Below, piece by piece: positions 47,101-62,100 of a DNA stretch of 64,000 nucleotides. The DNA is from Eledone cirrhosa (taxonomy: Eukaryota), in contig OZ024740.1 of NCBI GenBank assembly GCA_964016885.1, positions 439,208,001 to 439,272,000 on the forward strand, read 5' to 3'. Below the pieces are notes generated by a model. It did not search any database and was not told where the DNA came from. It saw only the letters and a program-made list of their open reading frames with translations. Numbering within the stretch: position 1 is the stretch's first letter; every line of letters starts with the position of its first letter. A program made the position numbers and the translations under genes.

Positions 47101-50100
47101 ACCACATCTAGCCATCTGAGACACACTCACCCCAACCAAGGCTAAGAAACCACATCTAGCCATCTTAGACACACTCACCCCAGCCACAGCTAAGAAACCA
47201 CATCTAGCCATCTGAGACACACTCACCCCAGCCAAGGCTAAGAAACAATATCTAGCCATCTGAGACACACTCACCACAGCCACGGCTAGGAAGCAACATC
47301 TGCCCATCTGAGAAACACTCACCACAGCCACGGCTAAGAAACCACATCTAGCCATCATCTTAGACGCACTCACCCCAGCCACGGCTAAGAAACCACATCT
47401 AGCCATCTGAGACACACTCACCCCAACCACGGCTAAGAAACTACATCTAGCCATCAACTTATACACACTCACCCCAGCCACGGCTAAGAAACCATATCTA
47501 GCCATCTGAGACACGCTCACCCCAGCCACGGCTAAGAAACCACATCTAGCCATCTGAGACACACTCACCCCAACCACGGCTAAGAAACTACATCTAGCCA
47601 TCAACTTATACACACTCACCCCAGCCACGGCTAAGAAACCATATCTAGCCATCTGAGACACGCTCACCCCAGCCACGGCTAAGAAACCACATCTAGCCAT
47701 CTTAGACACACTCACCCCAGTCACGGCTAAGAAACCACATCTAGCCATCATAGACACACTCACCCCAGCCACGGTTAAGAAACCACATCTAGCCATCATA
47801 GACACACTCACCCCAGCCACGGCTAAGAAACCACATCTAGCCATCATAGACACACTCACCCCAGCCACGGCTAAGAAATCACATCTAGCCATCATCTTAG
47901 ACGCACTCACCCCAGCCACAGCTAAGAAACCACATCTAGCCATCTGAGACACACTCACTCCAGCCATGGCTAAGAAACCACATCTAGCCATCTTAGACAC
48001 ACTCACCCCAGCACGGCTCAGAAACAACATCTAGCCATCTGAGACACACTCACCCCAGCCACGGCTAAGAAACAACATCTAGCCATCTGAGACACACTCT
48101 CCCCAGCACGGCTCAGAAACAACATCTAGCCATCTGAGACACACTCACCCCAGCCACGGCTAAGAAACAACATCTAGCCATCTGAGACACACTCTCCCCA
48201 GCACGGCTCAGAAACAACATCTAGCCATCTGAGACACACTCACCCCAGCACGGCTCAGAAACAACATCTAGCCATCTGAGACACACTCTCCCCAGCACGG
48301 CTCAGAAACAACATCTAGCCATCTGAGACACACTCTCCCCAGCACGGCTCAGAAACAACATCTAGCCTTCTGAGACACACTCACCCCAGCACGGCTCAGA
48401 AACAACATCTAGCCATCTGAGACACACTCTCCCCAGCACGGCTCAGAAACCACATCTAGCCATCTGAGACACACTCACCCCAGCCACGGCTAAGAAACCA
48501 CATCTAGACATCTGAGACACACTCACCCCAGCCACGGCTAAGAAACAACATCTAGCCATCATCTTAGACACACTCACACCAGCCACGGCTAAGAAACCAC
48601 ATCTAGCCATCTGAGACACACACACCCCAGTCACGGCTAAGTAACCACATCTACCCATCGGAGACACACTGACCCCAGCCACGGCTAAGAAACCACATCT
48701 ACCCATCGGAGACACACTCACCCCAGCCACGGCAAAGAAACCACATCTAGCCTTCATCTTAGACACACTCACCCCAGCCATGGCTAAGAAACCATATCTA
48801 GCCATCTTAGACACACTCACCCCAGCCACGGCTAAGAAACCACATCTAGCCATCTGAGACACACTCACCACAGCCACGGCTAAGAAACTACATCTAGCCA
48901 TCTTAGACACACTCACCCCAGCCACGGCTAAGAAACCACATCTACCCATATTAGACACAATCACCCCAGCCACGGCTAAGAAACAACATCTACCCATTTA
49001 AGACACACTCACCCCAGTCACGGCTAAGAAACCACATCTACCCATCTGAGACACACTCACACCAGCCACGGCTAAGACACCACATCAACCCATCATAGAC
49101 ACACTCACCCCAGCAACGGCTAGGAAACCACATCTTCCCATCTTAGACACAGTCACCCCAGCCACGGCTAAGAAACCACATCTTCCCATCTTAGACACAC
49201 TCACCCCAGCCACGGCTAAGAAACCACATCTAGCCATCATAGACACACTCACCCCAGCCGCGGCTAAGAAACCACATCTAGCCATCATCTTAGACACACT
49301 CACCCCAGCCACGGCTAAGAAACCACATCTATTTATCTCAGACACACTCACCCCAGCCACGGCTAAGAAATCACATCTATCCATCTGAGACACACTGACC
49401 CCAGCCACAGCTAAGAAACCACATCTACCCATCTGAGACACACTCACAACAGCCTCGGCTAAGAAACCACATCTAGCCATCTGAGACACACTCAACCCAG
49501 CCACAGCTAAGAAACCACATTTAGCCATCGTAGACACACTTACCCCAGCCACGGCTAAGAAACCACATCTAGCCATCATCTTAGACGCACTCACCCCAGC
49601 CACGGCTAAGAAACCACATCTACCCATCTTAGACACACTCACCCCAGCCACGGCTAAGAAACCACATCTAGCCATCATCTTAGACACACTCACCCCAGCC
49701 ACGGCTAAGAACCACATCTAGCCATCTTAGACACACTCTCCCCAGCACGGCTCAGAAACAACATCTAGCCATCTGAGACGCACTCAACCCAGCCACAGCT
49801 AAGAAACCACATCTAGCCATCTGAGACACACTCACCCCAACCACGGCTAAGAAACCACATCTAGCCATCTTAGACACACTCACCCCAGCCACGGCTAAGA
49901 AACGACATCTAGCCATCTGAGACACACTCACCCCAACAACGGCTAAGAAACCACATCTACCCATCGGAGACACACTTACCCCAGCCACGGCTAAGAAACC
50001 ACATCTACCCATCTGAGACACACTCACCCCAGCCACGGCTAAGACACCACATCTACCCCTTTTAGACACACTCACACCAGCCACGGCTCAGAAACAACAT

Positions 50101-53100
50101 CTAGCCATCTGAGACACACTCTCCCCAGCACGGCTCAGAAACAACATCTAGCCATCTGAGACACACTCACCCCAGCCACGGCTAAGAAACCACATCTAGC
50201 CTTCTGAGACACACTCACCCCAGCCACGGCTAAGAAACAACATCTAGCCATCTGAGACACACTCACACCAGCCACGGCTAAGAAACCACATCTAGCCATC
50301 TGAGACACGCTCACCCCAGCCACGGCTAAGAAACCACATCTAGCCATCTGAGACACACTCACCCCAGCCACGGCTAAGAAACCACATCTACCCATCATAG
50401 ACACACTCACCCCAGCCACGGCTAAGAAACCACATCTACCCATCAGAGACACACTGACCCCAGCCACGGCTAAGAAACCACATCTACCCATCTTAGACAC
50501 ACTCACCCCAGCCACGGCTAAGAAACCACATCTAGCCATCATCTTAGACACACTCACCCCAGCCACGGCTAAGAAACCACATCTAGCCATCTGAGACACA
50601 CTCATCCCAGCCACGGCTAAGAAACCACATCTAGCCATCATCTTAGACACACTCACCCCAGCCACGGCTAAGAAACCACATCTACCCATCGGAGACACAC
50701 TTACCCCAGCCACGGCTAAGAAACCACATCTAGCCATCTGAGACACACTCACCACAGCCACGGTTAAGAAACCACATCTAGCCATCTGAGACACATTCAC
50801 CCCAGCCAAGGCTAAGAAACAATATCTAGCCATCTGAGACACACTCACCACAGCCACGGCTAGGAAGCAACATCTGCCCATCTGAGAAACACTCACCACA
50901 GCCACGGCTAAGAAACCACATCTAGCCATCATCTTAGACGCACTCACCCCAGCCACGGCTAAGAAACCACATCTAGCCATCTGAGACACACTCACCCCAA
51001 CCACGGCTAAGAAACTACATCTAGCCATCAACTTATACACACTCACCCCAGCCACGGCTAAGAAACCATATCTAGCCATCTGAGACACGCTCACCCCAGC
51101 CACGGCTAAGAAACCACATCTAGCCATCTGAGACACACTCACCCCAACCACGGCTAAGAAACTACATCTAGCCATCAACTTATACACACTCACCCCAGCC
51201 ACGGCTAAGAAACCATATCTAGCCATCTGAGACACGCTCACCCCAGCCACGGCTAAGAAACCACATCTAGCCATCTTAGACACACTCACCCCAGTCACGG
51301 CTAAGAAACCACATCTAGCCATCATAGACACACTCACCCCAGCCACGGTTAAGAAACCACATCTAGCCATCATAGACACACTCACCCCAGCCACGGCTAA
51401 GAAACCACATCTAGCCATCATAGACACACTCACCCCAGCCACGGCTAAGAAACCACATCTAGCCATCTTAGACAGACTCACCCCAGCCACAGCTAAGAAA
51501 TCACATCTAGCCATCATCTTAGACGCACTCACCCCAGCCACAGCTAAGAAACCACATCTAGCCATCTGAGACACACTCACTCCAGCCATGGCTAAGAAAC
51601 CACATCTAGCCATCTTAGACACACTCACCCCAGCACGGCTCAGAAACAACATCTAGCCATCTGAGACACACTCACCCCAGCCACGGCTAAGAAACAACAT
51701 CTAGCCATCTGAGACACACTCTCCCCAGCACGGCTCAGAAACAACATCTAGCCATCTGAGACACACTCTCCCCAGCACGGCTCAGAAACAACATCTAGCC
51801 ATCTGAGACACACTCTCCCCAGCCCGGCTCAGAAACAACATCTAGCCTTCTGAGACACACTCACCCCAGCACGGCTCAGAAACAACATCTAGCCATCTGA
51901 GACACACTCTCCCCAGCACGGCTCAGAAACCACATCTAGCCATCTGAGACACACTCACCCCAGCCACGGCTAAGAAACCACATCTAGACATCTGAGACAC
52001 ACTCACCCCAGCCACGGCTAAGAAACAACATCTAGCCATCATCTTAGACACACTCACACCAGCCACGGCTAAGAAACCACATCTAGCCATCTGAGACACA
52101 CACACCCCAGCCACGGCTAAGTAACCACATCTACCCATCGGAGACACACTGACCCCAGCCACGGCTAAGAAACCACATCTACCCATCGGAGACACACTCA
52201 CCCCAGCCACGGCAAAGAAACCACATCTAGCCTTCATCTTAGACACACTCACCCCAGCCATGGCTAAGAAACCATATCTAGCCATCTTAGACACACTCAC
52301 CCCAGCCACGGCTAAGAAACCACATCTAGCCATCTGAGACACACTCACCACAGCCACGGCTAAGAAACTACATCTAGCCATCTTAGACACACTCACCCCA
52401 GCCACGGGTAAGAAACCACATCTACCCATATTAGACACACTCACCCCAGCCACGGCTAAGAAACAACATCTACCCATTTAAGACACACTCACCCCAGTCA
52501 CGGCTAAGAAACCACATCTACCCATCTGAGACACACTCACACCAGCCACGGCTAAGACACCACATCAACCCATCATAGACACACTCACCCCAGCAACGGC
52601 TAGGAAACCACATCTTCCCATCTTAGACACAGTCACCCCAGCCACGGCTAAGAAACCACATCTTCCCATCTTAGACACACTCACCCCAGCCACGGCTAAG
52701 AAACCACATCTAGCCATCATAGACACACTCACCCCAGCCGCGGCTAAGAAACCACATCTAGCCATCATCTTAGACACACTCACCCCAGCCACGGCTAAGA
52801 AACCACATCTATTTATCTCAGACACACTCACCCCAGCCACGGCTAAGAAATCACATCTATCCATCTGAGACACACTGACCCCAGCCACAGCTAAGAAACC
52901 ACATCTACCCATCTGAGACACACTCACAACAGCCTCGGCTAAGAAACCACATCTAGCCATCTGAGACACACTCAACCCAGCCACAGCTAAGAAACCACAT
53001 TTAGCCATCGTAGACACACTTACCCCAGCCACGGCTAAGAAACCACATCTAGCCATCATCTTAGACGCACTCACCCCAGCCACGGCTAAGAAACCACATC

Positions 53101-56100
53101 TACCCATCTTAGACACACTCACCCCAGCCACGGCTAAGAAACCACATCTAGCCATCATCTTAGACACACTCACCCCAGCCACGGCTAAGAACCACATCTA
53201 GCCATCTTAGACACACTCTCCCCAGCACGGCTCAGAAACAACATCTAGCCATCTGAGACGCACTCAACCCAGCCACAGCTAAGAAACCACATCTAGCCAT
53301 CTGAGACACACTCACCCCAACCACGGCTAAGAAACCACATCTAGCCATCTTAGACACACTCACCCCAGCCACGGCTAAGAAACGACATCTAGCCATCTGA
53401 GACACACTCACCCCAACAACGGCTAAGAAACCACATCTACCCATCGGAGACACACTTACCCCAGCCACGGCTAAGAAACCACATCTACCCATCTGAGACA
53501 CACTCACCCCAGCCACGGCTAAGACACCACATCTACCCCTTTTAGACACACTCACACCAGCCACGGCTCAGAAACAACATCTAGCCATCTGAGACACACT
53601 CTCCCCAGCACGGCTCAGAAACAACATCTAGCCATCTGAGACACACTCACCCCAGCCACGGCTAAGAAACCACATCTAGCCTTCTGAGACACACTCACCC
53701 CAGCCACGGCTAAGAAACAACATCTAGCCATCTGAGACACACTCACACCAGCCACGGCTAAGAAACCACATCTAGCCATCTGAGACACGCTCACCCCAGC
53801 CACGGCTAAGAAACCACATCTAGCCATCTGAGACACACTCACCCCAGCCACGGCTAAGAAACCACATCTACCCATCATAGACACACTCACCCCAGCCACG
53901 GCTAAGAAACCACATCTACCCATCAGAGACACACTGACCCCAGCCACGGCTAAGAAACCACATCTACCCATCTTAGACACACTCACCCCATCCACGGCTA
54001 AGAAACCACATCTAGCCATCATCTTAGACACACTCACCCCAGCCACGGCTAAGAAACCACATCTAGCCATCTGAGACACACTCATCCCAGCCACGGCTAA
54101 GAAACCACATCTAGCCATCATCTTAGACACACTCACCCCAGCCACGGCTAAGAAACCACATCTACCCATCGGAGACACACTCACCCCAGCCACGGCTAAG
54201 AAACCACATCTAGCCATCTGAGACACACTCACCACAGCCACGGTTAAGAAACCACATCTAGCCATCTGAGACACACTCACACCAGCCACGGCTAAGAAAC
54301 CACATCTAGCCATCTTAGACACACTCACCCCAGCCACGGCTAAGAAACCACATCTAACCATCTTAGACACACTCACCACAGCCACGGCTAAGAAACCACA
54401 TCTAGCCATCTGAGACACACTCACCACAGCCACGGCTAAGAAACCACATCTAGCCATCTGAGACACACTCACCCCAGCCACGGCTAAGAAACCACATCTA
54501 CCCATTTTAGACACACTCACCCCAGCCACGGCTAAGAAACCACATCTACCCATCTTAGACACACTCACCACAGCCACGGCTAAGAAACCACATCTAGCCA
54601 TCTGAGACACACTCACCCCAGCCACGGTTAAGACACCACATCTACCCATTTTAGACACACTCACCCCAGCCACGGTTAAGAAACCACATCTACCCATCTT
54701 AGACACACTCACCCCAGTCACAGCTAAGAAACCACATCTACCCATCTGAGACACACTCACCCCAGCCACGGCTAAGACACCACATCTAGCCATCTTAGAC
54801 ACACTCACCCCAGCCACGGCTAAGACACCACATCTACCCATTTTAGACACACTCACCCCAGCCACGGCTAAGAAACCACATCTAGCCATCATAGACACAT
54901 TCACCCCAGCCACGGCTAGGAAACCACATCTTCCCATCTTAGACACACTCACCCCAGCCCCGGCTAAGAAACCACATCTTCCCATCTTAGACACACTCAC
55001 CCCAACCACGGCCAAGAAACCACATCTACCCATCGGAGACACACTGACCCCAGCCACGGCTAAGAAACCACATCTACCCATCGGAGACACACTGACCCCA
55101 GCCACGGCTAAGAAACCACATCTTCCCATCTTAGACACACTCACCCCAACCACGGCCAAGAAACCACATCTTCCCATCTTAGACACACTCACCCCAGCCA
55201 CGGCTAAGAAACCACATCTAGCCATCATATTAGACACACTCACCCCAGCCACAGCTAAGAAACCACATCTAGCCATCTTAGACACACTCACCCCAGCCAC
55301 GGCTAAGAAACCACATCTTCCCATCTTAGACACACTCACCCCAGCCACGGCTAAGAAACCACATCTATCCACTGAGACACACTCACCCCAACCACATCTA
55401 AGAAACCACATCTAGCCATCTGAGACACACTCACCCCAACCACGGCTAAGAAACCACATCTAGCCATCATCTTAGACACACTCACTCCAGCCACGGCTAA
55501 GAAACCACATCTACCCATCTTAGACACACTCACACCAGCCACGGCTAAGACACCACATCTACCCATCTTAGACACCCTCACCCCAGCCACGGCTAAGAAA
55601 CTACATCTTCCCATCTTAGACACACTCACCCCAGCCACGGCTAAGAAACCACATCTTCCCATCTTAGACACACTCACCCCAGCCACGGCTAAGAAACCAC
55701 ATCTAGCCATCATAGACACACTCACCCCAGCCACGGCGAAGAAACCACATCTTCCCATCTTAGACACACTCACCCCAGCCACGGCTAAGAAACCACATCT
55801 AGCCATCATAGACACACTCAACCCAGCCACGGCTAAGAAACCACATCTTCCCATCTTAGACACACTCACCCCAACCACAGCTAAGAAACCACATCTACTT
55901 ATCTCAGACACACTCACCCCAGCCACAGCTAAGAAACCACATCTAGACATCTGAGACACACTCACCCCAGCCACAGCTAAGAAACCACATTTAGCCATCG
56001 TAGACACACTTACCCCAGCCACGGCTAAGAAACCACATCTACCCATCGGAGACACACTGACCCCAGCCACGGCTAAGAAACCACATCTAGACATCTGAGA

Positions 56101-59100
56101 CACACTTACACCAGCCACAGCTAAGAAACCACATCTAGACATCTGAGACACACTCACCCCAGCCACGGCTAAGAAACCACATCTAGCCATCATCTTAGAC
56201 GCACTCACCCCAGCCACGGCTAAGAAACCACATCTACCCATCTTAGACACACTCACCCCAGCAACGGCTAAGAAACCACATCTAGCCATCATCTTAGACG
56301 CACTCAACCCAGCCACGTCTAAGAAACCACATCTACCCATCTTAGACACACTCACCCCAGCCACGGCTAAGAAACCACATCTACCCATCTTAGACACACT
56401 CACCCCAGCCACAGCTAAGAAACCACATTTAGCCATCGTAGACACACTCACCCCAGCCACGGCTAAGAAACCACATCTAGCCAACATCTTAGACACACTC
56501 ACACCAGCCACGGCTAAGAAACCACATCTAGCCATCTGAGACACACTCACCCCAGCCACGGCTTAGAAAGCACATCTAGCCATCATCTTAGACACACTCA
56601 CCCCAGCCACAGCTAAGAAACCACATCTAGACATCTGAGACACACTCACCCCAGCTACGGCTAAGAAACCACATCTAGCCATCTTAGACACACTCACCCC
56701 AGCAACGGCTAAGAAACCATATCTAGCCATCTTAGACACTCTCACCCCAGCAACGGCTAAGACACCACATCTAGCCATCCGAGACACACTCACCCCAGCC
56801 ACGGCTAAGAAACCATATCTAGCCATCTTAGACACTCTCTCCCCAGCCACGGCTAAGAAACCACATCTACCCATCTTAGACACACTCACCCCAGCCACGG
56901 CTAAGAAACCACATCTAGCCATCGGAGACACACTCACCCCAGCCACGGCTAAGAAACCACATCTACCCATCTGAGACACTCTCTCCCCAGCCACGGCTAA
57001 GAAACCACATCTAGCCATCGGAGACACACTCACACCAGCCACAGCTAAGAAACCACATCTAGCCATCTGAGACACACTCACCCCAGCCACGGCTAAGAAA
57101 CCACATCTAGACATCTTAGACACACTCACCCCAGCCACGGCTAAGAAACCACATCTACCCATCTTAGACACACTCACCCCAGCCACGGCTAAGAAACCAC
57201 ATCTACCCATCTTAGACACACTCACCCCAGCCACGGCTAAGAAACCACATCTAACCATCTTAGACACACTTACCCCAACCACGGCTAAGAAACCACATCT
57301 AGCCATCTTAGACACACTCACACCAGCCACGGCTAAGAAACCACATCTAGCCATCTTAGACACACTCACCCCAGCCACGGCTAAGAAACCACATCTACCC
57401 ATCTGAGACACACTCACCCCAGCCACGGCTAAGAAACCACATCTAGCCATCGGAGACACTCTCACCCCATCCACGGCTAAGAAACCACATCTACCCATCT
57501 TAGACACACTCACCCCAGCCACGGCTAAGAAACCACATCTAGCCATCGGAGACACTCTCACCCCATCCACGGCTAAGAAACCACATCTACCCATCTTAGA
57601 CACACTCACCCCAGCCACGGCTAAGAAACCACATCTAGCCATCGGAGACACTCTCACCCCATCCACGGCTAAGAAACCACATCTACCCATCTTAGACACA
57701 CTCACCCCAGCCACGGCTAAGAAACCACATCTAGCCATCGGAGACACTCTCACCCCATCCACGGCTAAGAAACCACATCTACCCATCTTAGACACACTCA
57801 CCCCAGCCACGGCTAAGAAACCACATCTACCCATCTGAGACACACTCACCCCAGCCACGGCTAAGAAACCACATCTACCCATCTTAGACACACTCACCCC
57901 AGCCACGGCTAAGAAACCACATCTAGCCATCTGAGACACACTCACCCCAGCCACGGCTAAGAAACCACATCTACCCATCTTAGACACACTCACCCCAGCC
58001 ACGGCTAAGAAACCACATCTACCCATCTGAGACACACTCACCCCAGCCACGGCTAAGAAACCACATCTACCCATCTTAGACACACTCACCCCAGCCACGG
58101 CTAAGAAACCACATCTACCCATCTGAGACACACTGACCCCAGCCACAGCTAAGAAACCACATCTAGCACTCGGAGACACACTCACCCCCAGCCACGGCTA
58201 AGAAACCACATCTAGCCATCTTAGACACACTCACCCCAGCCACGGCTAAGAAACCACATCTAGCCATCTTAGACACACTCACCCCAGCCACGGCTAAGAA
58301 ACCACATCTAGCCATCTTAGACACACTGACCCCAGCCACGGCTAAGAAACCACATCTAGCCATCTTAGACACACTCACCCCAACCACGGCGAAGAAACCA
58401 CATCTACCCATCTTAGACACACTCACCCCAGTCACGGCTAAGAAACCACATCTATCTATCTTAGACAGACTCACCCCAGCCACGGCTAAGAAACCACATC
58501 TAGCCATCTTAGACAGACTCACCCCAGCCACGGCTAAGAAACCACATCTAGCCATCTTAGACACACTCACCCCAGCCACGGCTAAGAAACCACATCTATC
58601 TATCTTAGACAGACTCACCCCAGTCACGGCTAAGAAACCACATCTAGCCATCATCTTAGACACACTCACCCCAGCCACAGCTAAGAAACCACATCTAGCC
58701 ATCTTAGACACACTCACCCCAGCCACGGCTAAGAAACCACATCTAGCCATCTGAGACACACTGACCCCAGCCACGGCTAAGAAACCACATCTACCCATCT
58801 TAGACAGACTCACCCCAGCCACGGCTAAGAAACCACATCTAGCCATCTTAGACACACTCACCCCAACCACAGCTAAGAAACCACATCTAGCCATCTTAGA
58901 CGCACTCACCCCAGCCACAGCTAAGAAACCACATCTAGACATCTGAGACAGACTCACCCCAGCCACGGCTAAGAAACCACATCTAGCCATCTGAGACACA
59001 CTCACCCCAGCCATGGCTAAGAAACCACATCTAGCCATCGGAGACACTCTCACCCCAGCCACGGCTAAGAAACCACATCTACCCATCTTAGACACACTCA

Positions 59101-62100
59101 CCCCAGCCATGGCTAAGAAACCACATCTAGCCATCTGAAACACACTAACCCCAGCCACGGCTAAGAAACCACATCTACCCATCTGAGACACTCTCTCCCC
59201 AGCCACGGCTAAGAAACCACATCTACCCATCTTAGACACACTCACCCCAGCCACGGCTAAGAAACCACATCTAGCCATCGGAGACACTCTCACCCCAGCC
59301 ACGGCTAAGAAACCACATCTAGCCATCTGAGACACACTCACCCCAGCCACGGCTAAGAAACCACATCTAGCCATCTGAGATACACTCACCCCAGCCACGG
59401 CTAAGAAACCACATCTAGCCATCGGAGACACACTCACCCCAGCCACGGCTAAGAAACCACATCTAGCCATCTGAAACACACTCACCCCAGCCACGGCTAA
59501 GAAACCACATCTACCCATCTTAGACACACTCACCCCAGCCACGGCTAAGAAACCACATCTAGCCATCTTAGACACACTCACCCCAACCACGGCTAAGAAA
59601 CCACATCTAGCCATCTTAGACACACTCACACCAGCCACGGCTAAGAAACCACATCTAGCCATCTTAGACACACTCACCCCAACCACGGCTAAGAAACCAC
59701 ATCTAGCCACCTTAGACACACTCACCCCAGCCACGGCTAAGAAACCACATCTAGACATCTGAGACACACTCACCCCAGCTACGGCTAAGAAACCACATCT
59801 ACCCATCTTAGACACACTCACCCCAGCCACGGCTAAGAAATCACATCTAGCCATCTGAGACACACTCACCACAGCCACGGTTAAGAAACCACATCTACCC
59901 ATCTGAGACACACTCACCCCAGCCACGGCTAAGAAACCACATCTAGCCATCTTAGACACACTCACCCCAGCCACGGCTAAGAAACCACATCTAGCCATCT
60001 GAAACACACTCACCCCAGCGACGGCTAAGAAACCACATCTACCCATCTTAGACACACTCACCCCAGCCACGGCTAAGAAACCACATCTAGCCATCTGAGA
60101 CACACTCACCCCAGCCACGGCTAAGAAACCACATCTAGCCATCTGAGACACACTCACCCCAGCCACGGCTAAGAAACCACATCTAGCCATCTGAAACACA
60201 CTCACCCCAGCCACGGCTAAGAAACCACATCTAGACATCTTAGACACACTCACCCCAGCCACGGCTAAGAAACCACATCTAGCCATCTTAGACACACTCA
60301 CCCCAGCCACGGCTAAGAAACCACATCTAGCCATCTGAGACACACTCACCCCAGCCACGGCTAAGAAACCACATCTAGCCATCTGAGACACACTCACCCC
60401 AGCCACGGCTAAGAAACCACACCTAGCCATCTTAGACACACTCACCCCAGCCACGGCTAAGAAACCACATCTAGCCATCTGAGATACACTCACCCCAGCC
60501 ACGGCTAAGAAACCACATCTAGCCATCGGAGACACTCTCACCCCAGCCACGGCTAAGAAACCACATCTAGCCATCTGAAACACACTCACCCCAGCCACGG
60601 CTAAGAAACCACATCTAGCCATCTTAGACACACTCACCCCAGCCACGGCTAAGAAACCACATCTAGCCATCTTAGACACACTCACCCCAGCCACGGCTAA
60701 GAAACCACATCTAGCCATCTTAGACACACTCACCACAGCCACGGTTAAGAAACCACATCTACCCATCTGAGACACACTCACCCCAGCCACGGCTAAGAAA
60801 CCACATCTAGCCATCTTAGACACACTCACCCCAGCCACGGCTAAGAAACCACATCTAGCCATCTTAGACACACTCACCACAGCCACGGTTAAGAAACCAC
60901 ATCTACCCATCTGAGACACACTCACCCCAGCCACGGCTAAGAAACCACATCTAGCCATCTGAGACACACTCACCCCAGCCACGGCTAAGAAACCACATCT
61001 ACCCATCTGAGACACACTCACCCCAGCCACGGCTAAGAAACCACATCTAACCATCTGAGACACACTCACCCCAGCCACGGCTAAGAAACCACATCTAGCC
61101 ATCTTAGACACACTGACCCCAGCCACGGCTAAGAAACCACATCTAGCCATCTGAGACACACTCACCCCAGCCACGGCTAAGAAACCACATCTAGCCATCG
61201 GAGACACTCTCACCCCAGCCACAGCTAAGAAACCACCTCTAGACATCTGAGACAGACTCACCCCAGCCACGGCTAAGAAACCACATCTAGCCATCTTAGA
61301 CACACTCACCCCAGCCACGGCTAAGAAACCACATCTACCCATCTGAGACACACTCACCCCAGCCACGGCTAAGAAACCACATCTAACCATCTGAGACACA
61401 CTCACCCCAGCCACGGCTAAGAAACCACATCTAACCATCTGAGACACACTCACCCCAGCCACGGCTAAGAAACCACATCTAGCCATCTTAGACACACTGA
61501 CCCCAGCCACGGCTAAGAAACCACATCTAGCCATCTGAGACCACTCACCCCAGCCATGGCTAAGAAACCACATCTAGCCATCGGAGACACTCTCACCCCA
61601 GCCACGGCTAAGAAACCACATCTACCCATCTTAGACACACTCACCCCAGCCACGGCTAAGAAACCACATCTAGCCATCTGAAACACACTCACCCCAGCCA
61701 CGGCTAAGAAACCACATCTACCCATCTGAGACACTCTCTCCCCAGCCACGGCTAAGAAACCACATCTACCCATCTTAGACACACTCACCCCAGCCACGGC
61801 TAAGAAACCACATCTAGCCATCGGAGACACTCTCACCCCAGCCACGGCTAAGAAACCACATCTAGCCATCTGAGACACACTCACCCCAGCCACGGCTAAG
61901 AAACCACATCTAGCCATCTGAGATACACTCACCCCAGCCACGGCTAAGAAACCACATCTAGCCATCGGAGACACTCTCACCCCAGCCACGGCTAAGAAAC
62001 CACATCTATCCATCTGAAACACACTCACCCCAGCCACGGCTAAGAAACCACATCTACCCATCTTAGACACACTCACCCCAGCCACGGCTAAGAAACCACA

